Below, in pieces: positions 63,629 to 64,000 of a stretch of DNA of 64,000 nt. Position 1 is the first letter of the stretch; each line of letters opens with the position of its first letter. The stretch lies in the NCBI GenBank assembly GCA_010909165.1, contig VJWM01000019.1:124001-188000 (forward strand), read 5' to 3'. Below the pieces are notes generated by a model. That model had not been told where the DNA came from. It saw nothing but the letters and a program-made list of their open reading frames with translations, and did no database searches. The stretch comes from Anthoceros angustus (lineage: Eukaryota; Plantae; Anthocerotophyta). A program made the position numbers and the translations under genes.

Positions 63629-64000
63629 TTAGTATGTAACCCGGTTATATGATGTATTTCAACTTTCTTTTAATATATGAAAATATTCTAAATAAGTTGG
63701 TCAAGCTATGATAAATAAAAGAATTTAGAGTTTTGCATCCGGAAAGGACCCAAACAATTCATCACAGTCACCTTATAAATAGAACTATATACCATAAGTT
63801 CCCAACATCATAATATGAGTAGAAGTACGCCTACATAAAAGTTGATTGCAGATGTGACAGGTTTGGCCCAAAATTATGTATAAACCAAAGATAAGTATTG
63901 TAGTATGTACTTTGACAACTTCGTCTATGCCACTTCCGCCACACATGTACATATTTGCTGGGCGTTGGGAATCTGGGAAATTGTAGTGCTGCGGCTGCAG

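Larger units (their letters stand above)
4703..64000 (+). repeat. Tandem array of ~6.1-kb units (6 units, last one cut by the window edge; unit 2 interrupted by the retrotransposon)
   Basis: Anchor tggcaaactcaacatggaatgtgatttgg at 4703, 13681, 42979, 48586, 54621, 60740. Spacings are 5607 (deletion), 6035 and 6119. Unit 1 is enlarged by internal re-duplications. Confidence 0.97.

Noticed and set aside
4703-64000. Array interpreted as rDNA/5S, histone, tRNA cluster or CRISPR
   Set aside because: No rRNA, tRNA or histone motifs were recognised, there is no repeat-spacer structure, and the DNA is eukaryotic.

Overview
Eukaryotic land-plant genomic DNA (probably a non-seed plant; inferred only from protein motifs) from an error-rich, long-read-like assembly. 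Most long reading frames are broken by indels, so the protein calls below are stitched across frames. There are three blocks. (1) 1-4702: three tandem copies of a germin-like protein (GLP) cassette. Only the third copy (3924-4655) is intact; the first two are fused at microhomologies to a receptor-like kinase C-terminal fragment. (2) 4703-64000: a tandem array of a ~6.1-kb unit (6 units; starts at 4703, 13681, 42979, 48586, 54621, 60740). Each unit carries a pair of paralogous orphan genes (long A, short B) that share a 56-aa repeat and an acidic-aromatic C-terminus, plus a GC-rich island with ORF C and a CACTA-like terminus. (3) Inserted into unit 2 is a complete minus-strand Ty3/gypsy, Athila-like LTR retrotransposon at 16297-37479. 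It has a CGCAT TSD, TG..CA ends, a tRNA-Asp-like PBS, a PPT and gag-PR-RT-RH-IN in only ~5.45 kb. Its LTRs are very long: 7.6 and 8.2 kb as assembled, ~4.4 kb after collapsing internal duplications. The U3 of each LTR carries a long sense-strand coding region (env-like/accessory-type N-terminal motif plus a coiled coil). The two best candidates for an undescribed system are this LTR-resident gene and the amplified A/B paralog cassette. Many microhomology jump-back duplications may be assembly artefacts.
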